From NCBI GenBank assembly GCA_964527545.1, contig CAZGQF010000001.1, forward strand, positions 148,019-212,018: a stretch of 64,000 nucleotides of DNA, written 5' to 3'. The notes under the pieces are model-generated. The model saw nothing but the letters and a program-made list of their open reading frames with translations, was not told where the DNA came from and searched no databases. Within the stretch, counting starts at the first letter, position 1, and each line of letters begins with the position of its first letter. Positions 37,896-47,400 of the stretch are shown here, piece by piece. The stretch is from Candidatus Undinarchaeota archaeon (lineage in GTDB: Archaea; SpSt-1190; DYHY01; CAZGQF01). Position numbers and translations under genes: made by a program.

Positions 37896-39848
37896 TCAGA
37901 ACTCTGCTCTCTTCAGGAGGAGCGCGTTTGCCACCACGATTATGGAGGAGGCGGCCATTATCAGGGCGCCCCACTCGGGCCTCAGGACGACGCCCCAGGG
38001 CTGGAGGACGCCTGCGGCCAGGGGGATGGCGATCACGTTGTAGCCCGTCGCCCAGAAGAGGTTCTCCCTCATCTTCTTCATGGTCGCCCTGCTCAGGCCC
38101 ATCAGTTTCGCCACGTCTCGCGGGTCGTCCCTGGTGAGGACCACGTCGGCCGACTCTATCGCGACATCGGTGCCTGCCCCTATCGCTATCCCAATGTCGG
38201 CCCTCACCAGGGCGGGGGCGTCGTTGACTCCGTCGCCGACCATGGCGACCCTCTTCCCCTTCTCCTGGAGCTCCTCGATTGTGGAGCTCTTCTTCTCGGG
38301 GAGGACCTCCGCGAAGAAAGAGTCGAGGCCGAGCTCCCCTGCGACGTAGGCGGCGGTCTTCTCGTTGTCGCCCGTCAGCATGCTGACTTCGAGGCCGAGC
38401 GACTTGAGCTTTTCCACAGCCTCATAGGACTCTTCCCGTATCTCGTCGTCGAGGGCGATCAAACCGAGCAGTTCTGAAGAGGCGAGGAAGACCACCGTCT
38501 TGCCGACCTCCTCGAACTCTGTCCCCTTCTCACCAGCCCTCACTCCGTTCTCCTCCAGGAACTCCCTCTTGCCGACCAGTAGGCGCTTTCCTTCGACCTC
38601 TGCCTCAGCCCCCTTCCCTGCGTGGGACCTGAAGGAGGAGGCGGACGGGAGGGAGAGAGAGCGGTCTCTCGCCTCCGCTACGATGGCCTGGGCGATGGTG
38701 TGCTCTGAGTCGATCTCGACGGCGGCCGCCTTCCCCAGGACCTCCCTCTCGGAGAGCTCTGAGAACGAGAGGATGTCTGTCACGCCGAAGCTGCCCTTTG
38801 TGAGTGTCCCCGTCTTGTCGAAGACCACGGCGTCCAAGTCCTTCGCCACCTCGAGTGCGTCGCCCCTCTTGACCAGTATCCCCCTCTCAGCCGCCATCTG
38901 AGTGGAGATTGTGGTGACAGTGGGGATGGCCAGGCCGAGGGCGTGGGGGCAGGCGATCACCAGGACAGTGACTGAGAGCGTGAGGGCGAAGAGGAGGGGC
39001 TGGGAAGCGAGGAGAAGCCAGTAGAGAAAAGTGAGGAGACTGACTGCCACTGCGACCACTGTGAGCCAGTGGGCTGCCCTGTCCGCCATCTTCTGGACCT
39101 GGGGCTTCGCCTTTTTCGCCTCCTCGACCAGGGCGATTATCTGGGAGACTGCAGTCTCCTCCCCGGTCTTGGTCACGCGGACGCGGAGGGAGCCGTCGAC
39201 GTTGAGGGAGCCGCCTATCACCTCGTCGCCTCTCTCCTTGGGCACGGGCTTGGACTCGCCCGTTATCAGCGACTCGTCCACTGAGCTCTCGCCCTCCACC
39301 ACTTCGCCGTCGATGGGTATCTTCTCGCCCGGCCTCACCAGGACTGTGTCGCCCTTCTCCAGCTGGGCGGTCTCCACTTCAACTATCTCGTCGTCCTCGA
39401 TCAGGTTGGCGACGGGCGGCATCAGCTCCGCCAGTTCGCGGAGCGCGCCGGTCGCGCCCCTCACCGCCTTCATCTCCATCCAGTGGCCGAAGAGGAGGAA
39501 GACCACCAAGGTGGAGATCTCCCAGTAGAAAGGGGTCGCCTCGAACAGGAATGTGGTGCCGAAAGAGTAGATGTAGCCTGCGAGCAGGGCGATGGAGACG
39601 AGGACGTTCATCCCGAGGCTGCGCCTCTTGAGGGATTTCAGGGCGCCGCGGAAGAAGAAGGCGCCGCCGTAGAAGGCGATGAGCGTCGCGAGAGAGAAGA
39701 GGATGTAGCGGTCGCCTGGGAAGGGGAGGGAGAAGTTGAGCCAGGACTGGATTGCGGGGGAGAGGGCGAGGAGGGGGAGCGTGAGGAGGGAGGAGAAGAA
39801 AAACCTTCTCTTCAGTTCAGTCTCCATCTTCGAATGGCCGTCTTCCAC
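37896..39848 (-). CDS. heavy-metal-translocating P1B-type ATPase (CPH motif), no N-terminal metal-binding domain
   Basis: [32 protein letters not shown]. Begins directly with TM helices. Confidence 0.85.
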   Translation of the reverse strand: MEDGHSKMETELKRRFFFSSLLTLPLLALSPAIQSWLNFSLPFPGDRYILFSLATLIAFYGGAFFFRGALKSLKRRSLGMNVLVSIALLAGYIYSFGTTFLFEATPFYWEISTLVVFLLFGHWMEMKAVRGATGALRELAELMPPVANLIEDDEIVEVETAQLEKGDTVLVRPGEKIPIDGEVVEGESSVDESLITGESKPVPKERGDEVIGGSLNVDGSLRVRVTKTGEETAVSQIIALVEEAKKAKPQVQKMADRAAHWLTVVAVAVSLLTFLYWLLLASQPLLFALTLSVTVLVIACPHALGLAIPTVTTISTQMAAERGILVKRGDALEVAKDLDAVVFDKTGTLTKGSFGVTDILSFSELSEREVLGKAAAVEIDSEHTIAQAIVAEARDRSLSLPSASSFRSHAGKGAEAEVEGKRLLVGKREFLEENGVRAGEKGTEFEEVGKTVVFLASSELLGLIALDDEIREESYEAVEKLKSLGLEVSMLTGDNEKTAAYVAGELGLDSFFAEVLPEKKSSTIEELQEKGKRVAMVGDGVNDAPALVRADIGIAIGAGTDVAIESADVVLTRDDPRDVAKLMGLSRATMKKMRENLFWATGYNVIAIPLAAGVLQPWGVVLRPEWGALIMAASSIIVVANALLLKRAEF

Positions 39849-39891
39849 GCCCCTCTTCCCTTTCTCAAGGATTTATCTGTTGCTTCGCCAA

Positions 39892-39903
39892 CTATTTTAA
39901 AGG
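39892..39903 (+). promoter_or_regulatory. TATA box (ctattttaaagg) about 26 nt upstream of the ATG at 39923
   Basis: Shared AT-rich divergent promoter region between the P-type ATPase and the pilus-associated locus. Confidence 0.3.
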
Positions 39904-39922
39904 ACAGCAATTTGACACCATT

Positions 39923-40819
39923 ATGAAGTTACAAAACTTCGTGGCAATCTTGTTCATCTTCTCGTCCGTCTTCGCGCAGGGCGGGGAGAGGGCCTCAATC
40001 AGGGAAGGCGAGAGCGAGGAGGTGATGGGGTTCAACGTCACCGTTGATGCCGTAATACAGCCGCTCAACGAGGTCTGGTTCATAGTGGGGGACGACAGCT
40101 TCGGCCTGGAGAACGGCGAGGAGAGGTGCCTCGAAAACTACAGGTTCTCACTGCTTGGCATCTCCGGGAACGGCGCTCCCTCTGAGGCGCTGGTCGGGAT
40201 CTCGGAAGGCTGCGACATCGACTGGTGCGGGGACGGCGATTGCGATGAAGATGAAGACTGCGGGAGCTGCGAGGAGGACTGCGGCTGTGGGGAGGAGGAG
40301 AGCTGCGTCGAGGGGCTCTGCGAAGAGGTGGAAGAGGAAGTCGAGGAGGTCAATGAAACGCTTGAACCTTGCGAGGCCCCTGAAAAAAGGTGCGGGGACG
40401 GCAGGTGCGGCAAGCAAGAGACTTGGCTCGACTGCTGCTACGACTGCAGGTGCCCGGACGGAATGAGGTGCTGGAGAGGGGAGTGCATTGAGACGGACGG
40501 CTGCGAAAGCGAGAGCGACTGCGGCGACGGCGACCCCTGCACAAGAGACCTCTGCAGGTCTGGAGAGTGCAAAAACGTCGCTTTCGAGGGCTGCGCTCTC
40601 GGCCAAGACTGCCTGTCCGAAGGCGCGGAGAGGGGCGGGGAGTTCTGCGACGGGAAGGGTTGGAGAGAGAAGGGTGAGGGGAAGGCAACATGTTCACACG
40701 ATTACGAGTGCGAGAGCGGCTCCTGCCTGGCAGGCCTCTGCTACGCTCCTCCAAAGGAGAGAGGCCTCTTCTCGCAGGCTGCAGGATGGCTCAGAGGCGT
40801 TCTGAGGCTCTTCCTCTGA
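39923..40819 (+). CDS. secreted cysteine-rich repeat protein
   Basis: Sec signal peptide (MKLQNFVAILFIFSSVFAQG). Multiple Cys-rich modules: CGDGDCDEDEDC, CGDGRCG..CCYDCRCPDGMRC, CGDGDPC..C. Acidic. Confidence 0.45.
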   Translation: MKLQNFVAILFIFSSVFAQGGERASIREGESEEVMGFNVTVDAVIQPLNEVWFIVGDDSFGLENGEERCLENYRFSLLGISGNGAPSEALVGISEGCDIDWCGDGDCDEDEDCGSCEEDCGCGEEESCVEGLCEEVEEEVEEVNETLEPCEAPEKRCGDGRCGKQETWLDCCYDCRCPDGMRCWRGECIETDGCESESDCGDGDPCTRDLCRSGECKNVAFEGCALGQDCLSEGAERGGEFCDGKGWREKGEGKATCSHDYECESGSCLAGLCYAPPKERGLFSQAAGWLRGVLRLFL

Positions 40820-40857
40820 GAGAAGGGGTTAAATGGTCGGATGGGGTGTGGGAGAGC

Positions 40858-41439
40858 ATGATGAAGGTCCCCCGCAAGAGGAAAAGGGAGGTTGTCAGGA
40901 AGCTGATCCACCTCCTCTACGGCCTCTTCTTCGTCCTCCTCTTCTCCATCACCTCGAAGCTCGTCGCCTGCATCGTCATCCTCGCCATCCTGTTCTCAGG
41001 CCTCCTGCTCTCCGAGCTCTCACTCAGAAAAGTGGAGCTGCCCGCGGTCTGCGAACTCCTCCACGTCTGCGGGAGGGACCGATACCTCAAGGCGAGGCCA
41101 GGAAAGGGGGCGCTCCGATTCACTTTGGGTGCTCTCATCACAAGAGGCCTCTTCCCAACAAAGACTGCTGTGGCAAGCTTCCTCCTCCTCACCTTCGTCG
41201 ACTCTGCCAGCGCCCTCGTGGGGAGCCACTTCGGCGTCCTCGGCATCCCCTGGTCAAAGAGGAAGTCGATAGAGGGCTCCCTGGCCGGTTTCCTGGTGGG
41301 GATAGCGGTGGCTGCAGCCATCCTCCCATTGAAGACCGCTCTCGCGGCAGCTGCGACAGCAGCCTTCGTGGAGTCGTTCGACATGGACGACAGCGTAACT
41401 GTGCCGCTGGCCGTGGGAACTGTGGTTTCGCTTCTTTAG
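40858..41439 (+). CDS. CTP-transferase family membrane protein (CDP-archaeol synthase / dolichol kinase-like)
   Basis: From ATG 40858. Polytopic. C-terminal signature DSASALVGSHFGVLGIPWSKRKSIEGSLAGF, shared by CdsA/CarS/DolK enzymes. Confidence 0.55.
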   Translation: MMKVPRKRKREVVRKLIHLLYGLFFVLLFSITSKLVACIVILAILFSGLLLSELSLRKVELPAVCELLHVCGRDRYLKARPGKGALRFTLGALITRGLFPTKTAVASFLLLTFVDSASALVGSHFGVLGIPWSKRKSIEGSLAGFLVGIAVAAAILPLKTALAAAATAAFVESFDMDDSVTVPLAVGTVVSLL

Positions 41440-41441
41440 GG

Positions 41442-41463
41442 TTTTCGATAATTGTATCGAAAA
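41442..41463. promoter_or_regulatory. perfect 9-bp inverted repeat TTTTCGATA-ATTG-TATCGAAAA upstream of the KaiC-like operon
   Basis: Seen directly at 41442-41463, about 40 nt upstream of the ATG at 41505. Candidate operator or terminator hairpin. Confidence 0.3.
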
Positions 41464-41504
41464 CGGCAAAGCATTTATCCCGACCACCACTATAAGTCTA
41501 AATA

Positions 41505-42482
41505 ATGACGGAGCTGGTTGAGACAGGGATCCCCGGCCTCGACTCCCTGTTGAGGGGCGGCCTCCCTGAGGGGAGCTGTCTCCTCCTCATTGCGCCGCCA
41601 AAGGCCGAGACCCACCTGTTCTGCCTGGAGTTCCTCTACAGGGGGACGGAAATGGGCGAGCCAGCCCTGATGGTCACCATGGACAGCTCCCCTGAGATGC
41701 TGAAGAAGAAGGGGGGGAGCTACAGCTTCGACCTGGAGGCGAAAGAGGGGGAGGGCCTCTTCAAGTGGGTCGACGGCTACTCCATCCACTCCAACAAGGA
41801 CGTGGAGAGCACGGAGAACGTGGAGAGGGTAGGCGGGCCTATGGCGCTCACCGACACTTCGATAGCGCTCTCCAGGCTCCAGGCGCGGCTGCACGGGGAG
41901 CATGGCTACTACAGGTTCATCTTCGACTCAATCTCCACCCTCCTCATCTACAACTCGCCGGAGACTGTCTACAGGTTCCTTGAGGTCATAGTGGCAAAGA
42001 CGAGGTCGTCGGGCGGCGTCGGCTTCTTCGTCCTCGGCGAGGGGATGCACGACAAGAAGGTGGAGATGGTGATAAGGCACATGATGGACGGCACTGTCCA
42101 CATCAAGGACAACCTCGAGATAGAGGCGCTCAGCCTCCCGACTCCGGGCGAGCTGAAGAAAGGCGAGCTGAAGCTCTCAGAGGACGGCTTCAGCGTGGAG
42201 ATGGAAGAAGAGGAGGTGGAGAAGAGAAGCTGGAAAGAGGAGGTGGAGAAGATGGCGATGGCGAAGAAGGAAAAAACCGCGGAGGTGGGCGTCTGGGAGG
42301 ACTCCAAGAGGGGCGGCGTCGAGGATGTCCTAGAGAAGAACGCGGCGCCGGCCATCGAAGCGATAGGGGAGAAAAAGTTCACGGAAGAGGAGCTGGAGAG
42401 AATGCTGAAAAAGGAGAAGAAGGGAAAGGGGAGGAAGACTGTGGTCTCTGCCATTGAATCCAGGCTGGAGGAAGGAAAATGA
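41505..42482 (+). CDS. KaiC/RecA-like domain protein with degenerate Walker A and K/E-rich C-terminal tail
   Basis: N-terminus GIPGLDSLLRGGLPEGSCLLLIAPPKAETHLF has KaiC-like architecture, but the GxxxxGK[ST] is replaced by APPKAE. The tail ends ...EEELERMLKKEKKGKGRKTVVSAIESRLEEGK. Confidence 0.6.
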   Translation: MTELVETGIPGLDSLLRGGLPEGSCLLLIAPPKAETHLFCLEFLYRGTEMGEPALMVTMDSSPEMLKKKGGSYSFDLEAKEGEGLFKWVDGYSIHSNKDVESTENVERVGGPMALTDTSIALSRLQARLHGEHGYYRFIFDSISTLLIYNSPETVYRFLEVIVAKTRSSGGVGFFVLGEGMHDKKVEMVIRHMMDGTVHIKDNLEIEALSLPTPGELKKGELKLSEDGFSVEMEEEEVEKRSWKEEVEKMAMAKKEKTAEVGVWEDSKRGGVEDVLEKNAAPAIEAIGEKKFTEEELERMLKKEKKGKGRKTVVSAIESRLEEGK

Positions 42483-43651
42483 TAGCTCCAACAGGGATAG
42501 CGAAGCTGGACGAGCTCCTTGGGGGAGGGCTCTCCGCAGGTGAGCTGATGCTCTTCTGGAGCGGGCCGGGGATCGACTCGTCGCCCTTCCTCTACACCAT
42601 CATAAATGCCGCACTGGAGAGAAAGGAGAAAGTCGTCTACTTCACGCAGAACAAGGGCGAGGCTGCTGTCAGGAGGGAGATAGAGAGGTACGGCTTCTCG
42701 ACGGAAAACCTCCTCTTCATCGACGGCTACTCCGGACTCATCAACCAGCCCTCCAGCGCCAGGTACGTCGTGAAGAGGGCGAAGGACCCGAAAGACATCA
42801 CCAAGACTCTTGAGAGGGCGATGGAGGCAGGCCCTTCGCTCGTCGCCTTCGACTCCCTCTCCAGCCTCGTCGACGTCTGCGGCGAGAAAGCTCTGGAAGA
42901 GGTTGAAAAGTGGAAGAGGCTGCTCGAGGAGAAGGGGGCGGCTGCAGTCTTCCTCTTCACGGAGTGGCCCTACAATGAAAAGCTGCTCGAGATGGTAGGA
43001 GAGACTGCAGACACGATAGTCAGACTCGGTGCAGTCGAGAAGGAGGTCATCCACCAGAGGTTCTTCACGGTTGTCAAGAGGGACGGCAGCTGGGTCGACA
43101 GGGCAGGCGTCCCCTTTGAGATAGCCTCGCCGGGCGGCCTCCGCATAAGATTGCCCAAGATAGTGGTGACAGGGCCGGAGGGGAGCGGCAAGAGCACTTT
43201 CATACGCTCCGCCAGCAACTACTTTGTCGGAGCTGAAAGGGCGGGGACGACAGTGGGGATAGACTACGGAAAGGTCGACTACCACGGTTTCCGCGTCTCC
43301 CTCTTCGGGACGCCCAGCCACAAAAGGTTCGACGCCATACTGCCAGTGGTGGGGGCGGGCGCCATGGGAGCGATAGTCCTTGTCGACGCCACCCGGCCCG
43401 AGACATTACCCCACGCCGACATCTTCATCGAGAAGGCGGGACTGGAGGCGGTTCCCAGGATAGTGGTCTCCAACCACACAGGCCTCCCCGGCGCGCTCAA
43501 GCCTGAAAAGATAAGAAAGAAGATGGGGTTGAAAGGGGACACCCCTCTCATCGCGCTCACTGAAAGAGAGAAGAAGGGCGGCGAGCCGGCAGCCATGGAG
43601 ACCAAGGAGATCCACAAGGTGCTGGACGCCCTCTTCGAACAGGTGGTCTGA
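42479..43651 (+). CDS. fusion protein: KaiC-like domain (degenerate P-loop) plus C-terminal P-loop GTPase-like domain
   Basis: N-terminal GIAKLDELLGGGLSAGELMLFWSGPGIDSSPF has no Lys in the P-loop. C-terminal VVTGPEGSGKSTFI (G1), TTVGIDYG (switch I Thr), LFGTPS (G3-like), then a 116-aa tail. Start overlaps the upstream stop (ATGA). Confidence 0.55.
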   Translation: MIAPTGIAKLDELLGGGLSAGELMLFWSGPGIDSSPFLYTIINAALERKEKVVYFTQNKGEAAVRREIERYGFSTENLLFIDGYSGLINQPSSARYVVKRAKDPKDITKTLERAMEAGPSLVAFDSLSSLVDVCGEKALEEVEKWKRLLEEKGAAAVFLFTEWPYNEKLLEMVGETADTIVRLGAVEKEVIHQRFFTVVKRDGSWVDRAGVPFEIASPGGLRIRLPKIVVTGPEGSGKSTFIRSASNYFVGAERAGTTVGIDYGKVDYHGFRVSLFGTPSHKRFDAILPVVGAGAMGAIVLVDATRPETLPHADIFIEKAGLEAVPRIVVSNHTGLPGALKPEKIRKKMGLKGDTPLIALTEREKKGGEPAAMETKEIHKVLDALFEQVV

Positions 43652-44002
43652 ATGGAAAGGAAAAAGGACAGGATAAAAGGGATGCTCTCCAAGCTTGTCA
43701 GGGAGGAGGGTCTGGACGGGGCAGTGCTAATCTCGCGCGACGGGCTGGTGATAGTGACGGAAGGGAAGGAACTGGACGCCGTCGCCGCCATGACAGCAGT
43801 CGGCGTCGCCTCCCTCGAGACTGCGGCAAGCGAATGGAAGCTCGGACCTGTAGAGAAGGTGGAAGTGGAGACGCCTCAGCACATGATGGTGGTGGCCGAT
43901 GCCGGGCCAGAGGCGGTATTGGCTGTCGCAGTGAAGAAGGGGAGAGACGTCTCTGAGAAACTGAAAGGGGCAGGCAAGGAGATAGAGAAGGTGCTGGGCT
44001 GA
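43652..44002 (+). CDS. Roadblock/LC7 (MglB-like) domain protein
   Basis: 116 aa. GAVLISRDGLVIV...MTAVGVASLE...MVVADAGPEAVLAVAV follows the alpha-beta-alpha Roadblock pattern. Starts 1 nt after the GTPase-fusion stop. Confidence 0.7.
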   Translation: MERKKDRIKGMLSKLVREEGLDGAVLISRDGLVIVTEGKELDAVAAMTAVGVASLETAASEWKLGPVEKVEVETPQHMMVVADAGPEAVLAVAVKKGRDVSEKLKGAGKEIEKVLG

Positions 44003-44467
44003 ATGGCCATCAAGATCGACGTCGAGAAATACTCGCCAATCGCCAAGTTCCTCGGCCTCTCCGCCCTCGTCCTCGTTTTCCTCGCCTTCTTCAAGAGCCC
44101 GCCTCCGCCTGAAGAGTACGACGAAAGGTGCTTCTACGACCACTGCGTCGAGAGGTGCGGGGAGATGGAGTACCGCTTCGGCCGGTTCGACTACGGGGAG
44201 AGGGTGAGGTGCTTCTGCAAGACCAACATAACTGAGATCTCCGTCCAGCTCTACAGCCTGGACGGAAGCGAGTGCCCTCCAGTGACGAGGGACAGGAGGT
44301 GCGACGAGAGCTTCTGCGAAGAGACCTGCATGAAAGACGAGGGCTTCCTTCCCAACCACTCCTCCCTCGTCCTGGAGGACGGCTGGTACGTCTGCATCTG
44401 CCGCGACATGGATGTTGGCTGGTACGAGGAGGCCTACCACGTGGAGGCCTTTAAGTGCTCTTCCTGA
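44003..44467 (+). CDS. membrane-anchored Cys-rich extracytoplasmic protein
   Basis: N-terminal TM (FLGLSALVLVFLAFF), then 14 Cys in 120 aa (CFYDHCVERCGEMEY...CFCK...CDESFCEETC...). Start overlaps the Roadblock stop. Confidence 0.4.
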   Translation: MAIKIDVEKYSPIAKFLGLSALVLVFLAFFKSPPPPEEYDERCFYDHCVERCGEMEYRFGRFDYGERVRCFCKTNITEISVQLYSLDGSECPPVTRDRRCDESFCEETCMKDEGFLPNHSSLVLEDGWYVCICRDMDVGWYEEAYHVEAFKCSS

Positions 44468-44494
44468 AAGAAGTATTAATACTGCAAAGCGCTG

Positions 44495-47400
44495 TTGAAG
44501 GTCATGCGGGCCCAGGCAGCTCTGGAGTACCTCGTGATAGTTGGCATGATGCTCGCAATCCTCATCCCCGCCTTCTGGTACTCGCTCCGCACCTCGCAGC
44601 AGACTCTCGACCTGCGCCAGACAAAAGACGCAGCCCAGAAGGTGGCGAGGACGGCGGACACTGTCTACGCCCTCGGGCCGGGCTCGAGGATGTATGCCCG
44701 GATACGCCTCCCAGCCACTGTTGAGGACGAGCAGGTCGGAAACAACACCGTCCTCTTCCGCGTCGACGTCGGCCAGGGGCCGCAGGACATCTTCGAGCTG
44801 ACCAAGGGGGACGTGATAGGCGTGCTGCCTGAAGAGCGGGGAGAACACCGCGTACTTGTGAAGATGCTTGAGAGCGGCATCGTCCAGATAGGGGAGGCGA
44901 TCTCCTTGTCGCCCGACCCTTTCGAGGCGACCATAGCTCCCGGCGCTTGGAACGACTCCCTCTTCAACCTCTCCTCCAACGTCGACTACACAGTCTTCTC
45001 ACTCTCGCCCTCAATCTCGGGCGAGATAGAGAGCTGGGGGGTGATTGGGGCGGCGGACGCCCTGGTCTCATCGCTTTCCCCATACGGCTGGGACCTCTTC
45101 GACCTCAACATCTCCGTCCCGCCTTCACAGGCGGCCGGCACCTACGACGGCACGCTTCTCGTTTCCTCCAACCAGAGCGAGGCGACCTCCGCGATACAGA
45201 TCACAGTGCCTTCCGTGCTCAACTACCTCTTCATCGACATCTACGGCTATGAGATGGTGGGCGACATCGGCTTCGTGGTCTCCGGCGACCATCTCTCGCA
45301 GGACGAGAGGGAGGTTCTTGACTGGCTTGAGAGCGAGGAGAGCGGCGAAGGCTACCTCTGGGACTACGACATCATCTCAGACTCGCCCCCCTCCTCTCTC
45401 CGCAACCACTCCGCAGTCCCCCAGAGCTGGGAGGCGACCAGCGGCGGGAGCGGCTACTCCGAAGTCGTCTCGAGCGATGACATCTACGCGACCGCCACTG
45501 TCGCCCAGTACGCTACGGAGAACTTGACAGTCCACTTCCCTCCGCTCGGTCTCGAGAAAGACCCTGACAGCGTCAACTTCACGGCTGAGTACAGGATGAG
45601 CGCCACTGCAGGCTCCCCCTCCCAGGGCGAGTCCCAAGTCGACTCAATGGACGACGTATCGGACTGGAGCGAGGAGTACGGCGCGACCAACGGCGACTTC
45701 ACCACCGACTCGGGCACAAAGCAGGAGGGGACTGCCTCCATGGAGATAAGCTATGACTTCCCGGCGCCCGGCCCGTCCTCGAGCGAGGAGCTGACAGACG
45801 GCGGCTCGATCTCAGGGCCCTCCTCCGGCAGGATAACGGGCGGCGACCACACAGACACCCACTCCACGACAGACGGCGACTACTACTACCTCGGCTACGA
45901 GGTCAACGGCAACTGGAGGAGGAGGAACGGCTGGATGGAGCTGGAGTACGACATCTCTAGCCTGGGCATCGACCCGTCAGACCTGACAGACATCACTCTC
46001 GACGCCGACTTCTGCCACTCTGGGGACGAGACGTCGCCGGCCTGCGGACAGGGCGACGCGATGGAGGGCTTCCTCTGGGGCAGCCAGCTTGTCCAGGTCT
46101 ACGACCACGCCAACTCTGAATGGGACTCGCTCGGCTCCCTCTCCGTCAACACTGGAAGCGACGCGGAGCAGAGCGGGAGCTGGTCGGCATCATCGCCGCT
46201 CTCCAACTATGTCAGCGGCAGCGACACCGTCGACGTCAGGTTCGAGGTCGACTTCTACCTCGCCTGGACCTACGACGCCGTGCTCCTCTTGGACTACGTC
46301 CCCCTCTCACTCACATGGTCTGGCGGTTCGGAGACGCTCGACGAGTACGTCATCAAGAAGAGCTTCTCCCAGGAGGACTGGACAGGCTCCCAGAACCTCT
46401 CTGTCTGGGTCTACGGCGACGCCAACGGCGAGGACATCACGCTCAACATCACCGACTCCGGCGGGGGGAGCTATGAGTGGACGCCGCTCGACGTGAACTG
46501 GAGCGGCTGGCAGTGGAAAAAGTTCGACCTTTCCGGGACGAGCGGCGTCGACCTGTCGTCTGTCAACGGCGTCAAAATCAAGCTGGAAGAGACGGCGGCA
46601 GGCGACAACCCGTCCGGCACTCTCTACCTCGACGACCTCCGCAGGTTCTACACCGCGGGGGGCGGAAACTTCTTTTGCGACCTTCTCTGCCATGACGGCT
46701 CCTCCTGGACCGAGGTGGCGCCAGGGCTGGCCCAGACGTCAGACACCACCCAGCTCTGGGACGTGACCGCCTGCCTCTCGACAAAGGAGGAGGCAAACGA
46801 CGCAGACCTCAAGTTCTCCTGCTACAACGAGATCTCTTCCGGCCAGACGTTCTACCTCGACTACTCCCGGCTCGACGCCTCCTATCTCGGCCTGGCGTCA
46901 GGCGACGCTGAGAGCTGGAACACGTCGACCGGCGACTCAGGCTCGTCTGAAATCCAGTCAAGCAACGACGTCTACGCAGATGAGGAGATAACGCCGGAAG
47001 GGACGGAGAAGCTCGAAATCGACTTCCCAGACCTCGGCGTGACTGGCGCTCCCTTCTCTGTCAACACCACAGTGGAATACAGGTACAGCGACGTAGCCGA
47101 GGGAGGGAGGGAAGGCGGAAGCGACGTGGTCGACTATCTCAACCTCTTCCCCTCAGACAACCCAGTCAACGTCCAGCTCAACCAGCCCTTCAACCTGACA
47201 GTCACCCTCTGGGACCAGCAGGGCGATCCCGTGAGCGGGAAGGAGAGCTACTTCTCGGTCAACAGCATCAAGGACGACAACGGGGCCGCTGCCGCCTTCT
47301 CGACACAGCCCGCTCTCGAGTCGGAGCCAGGGAAGTACGCCATCGAGATAACTATGACCTCCGGGAACGACGGAGCGACCTACTACGTCAACGGCGAGTA

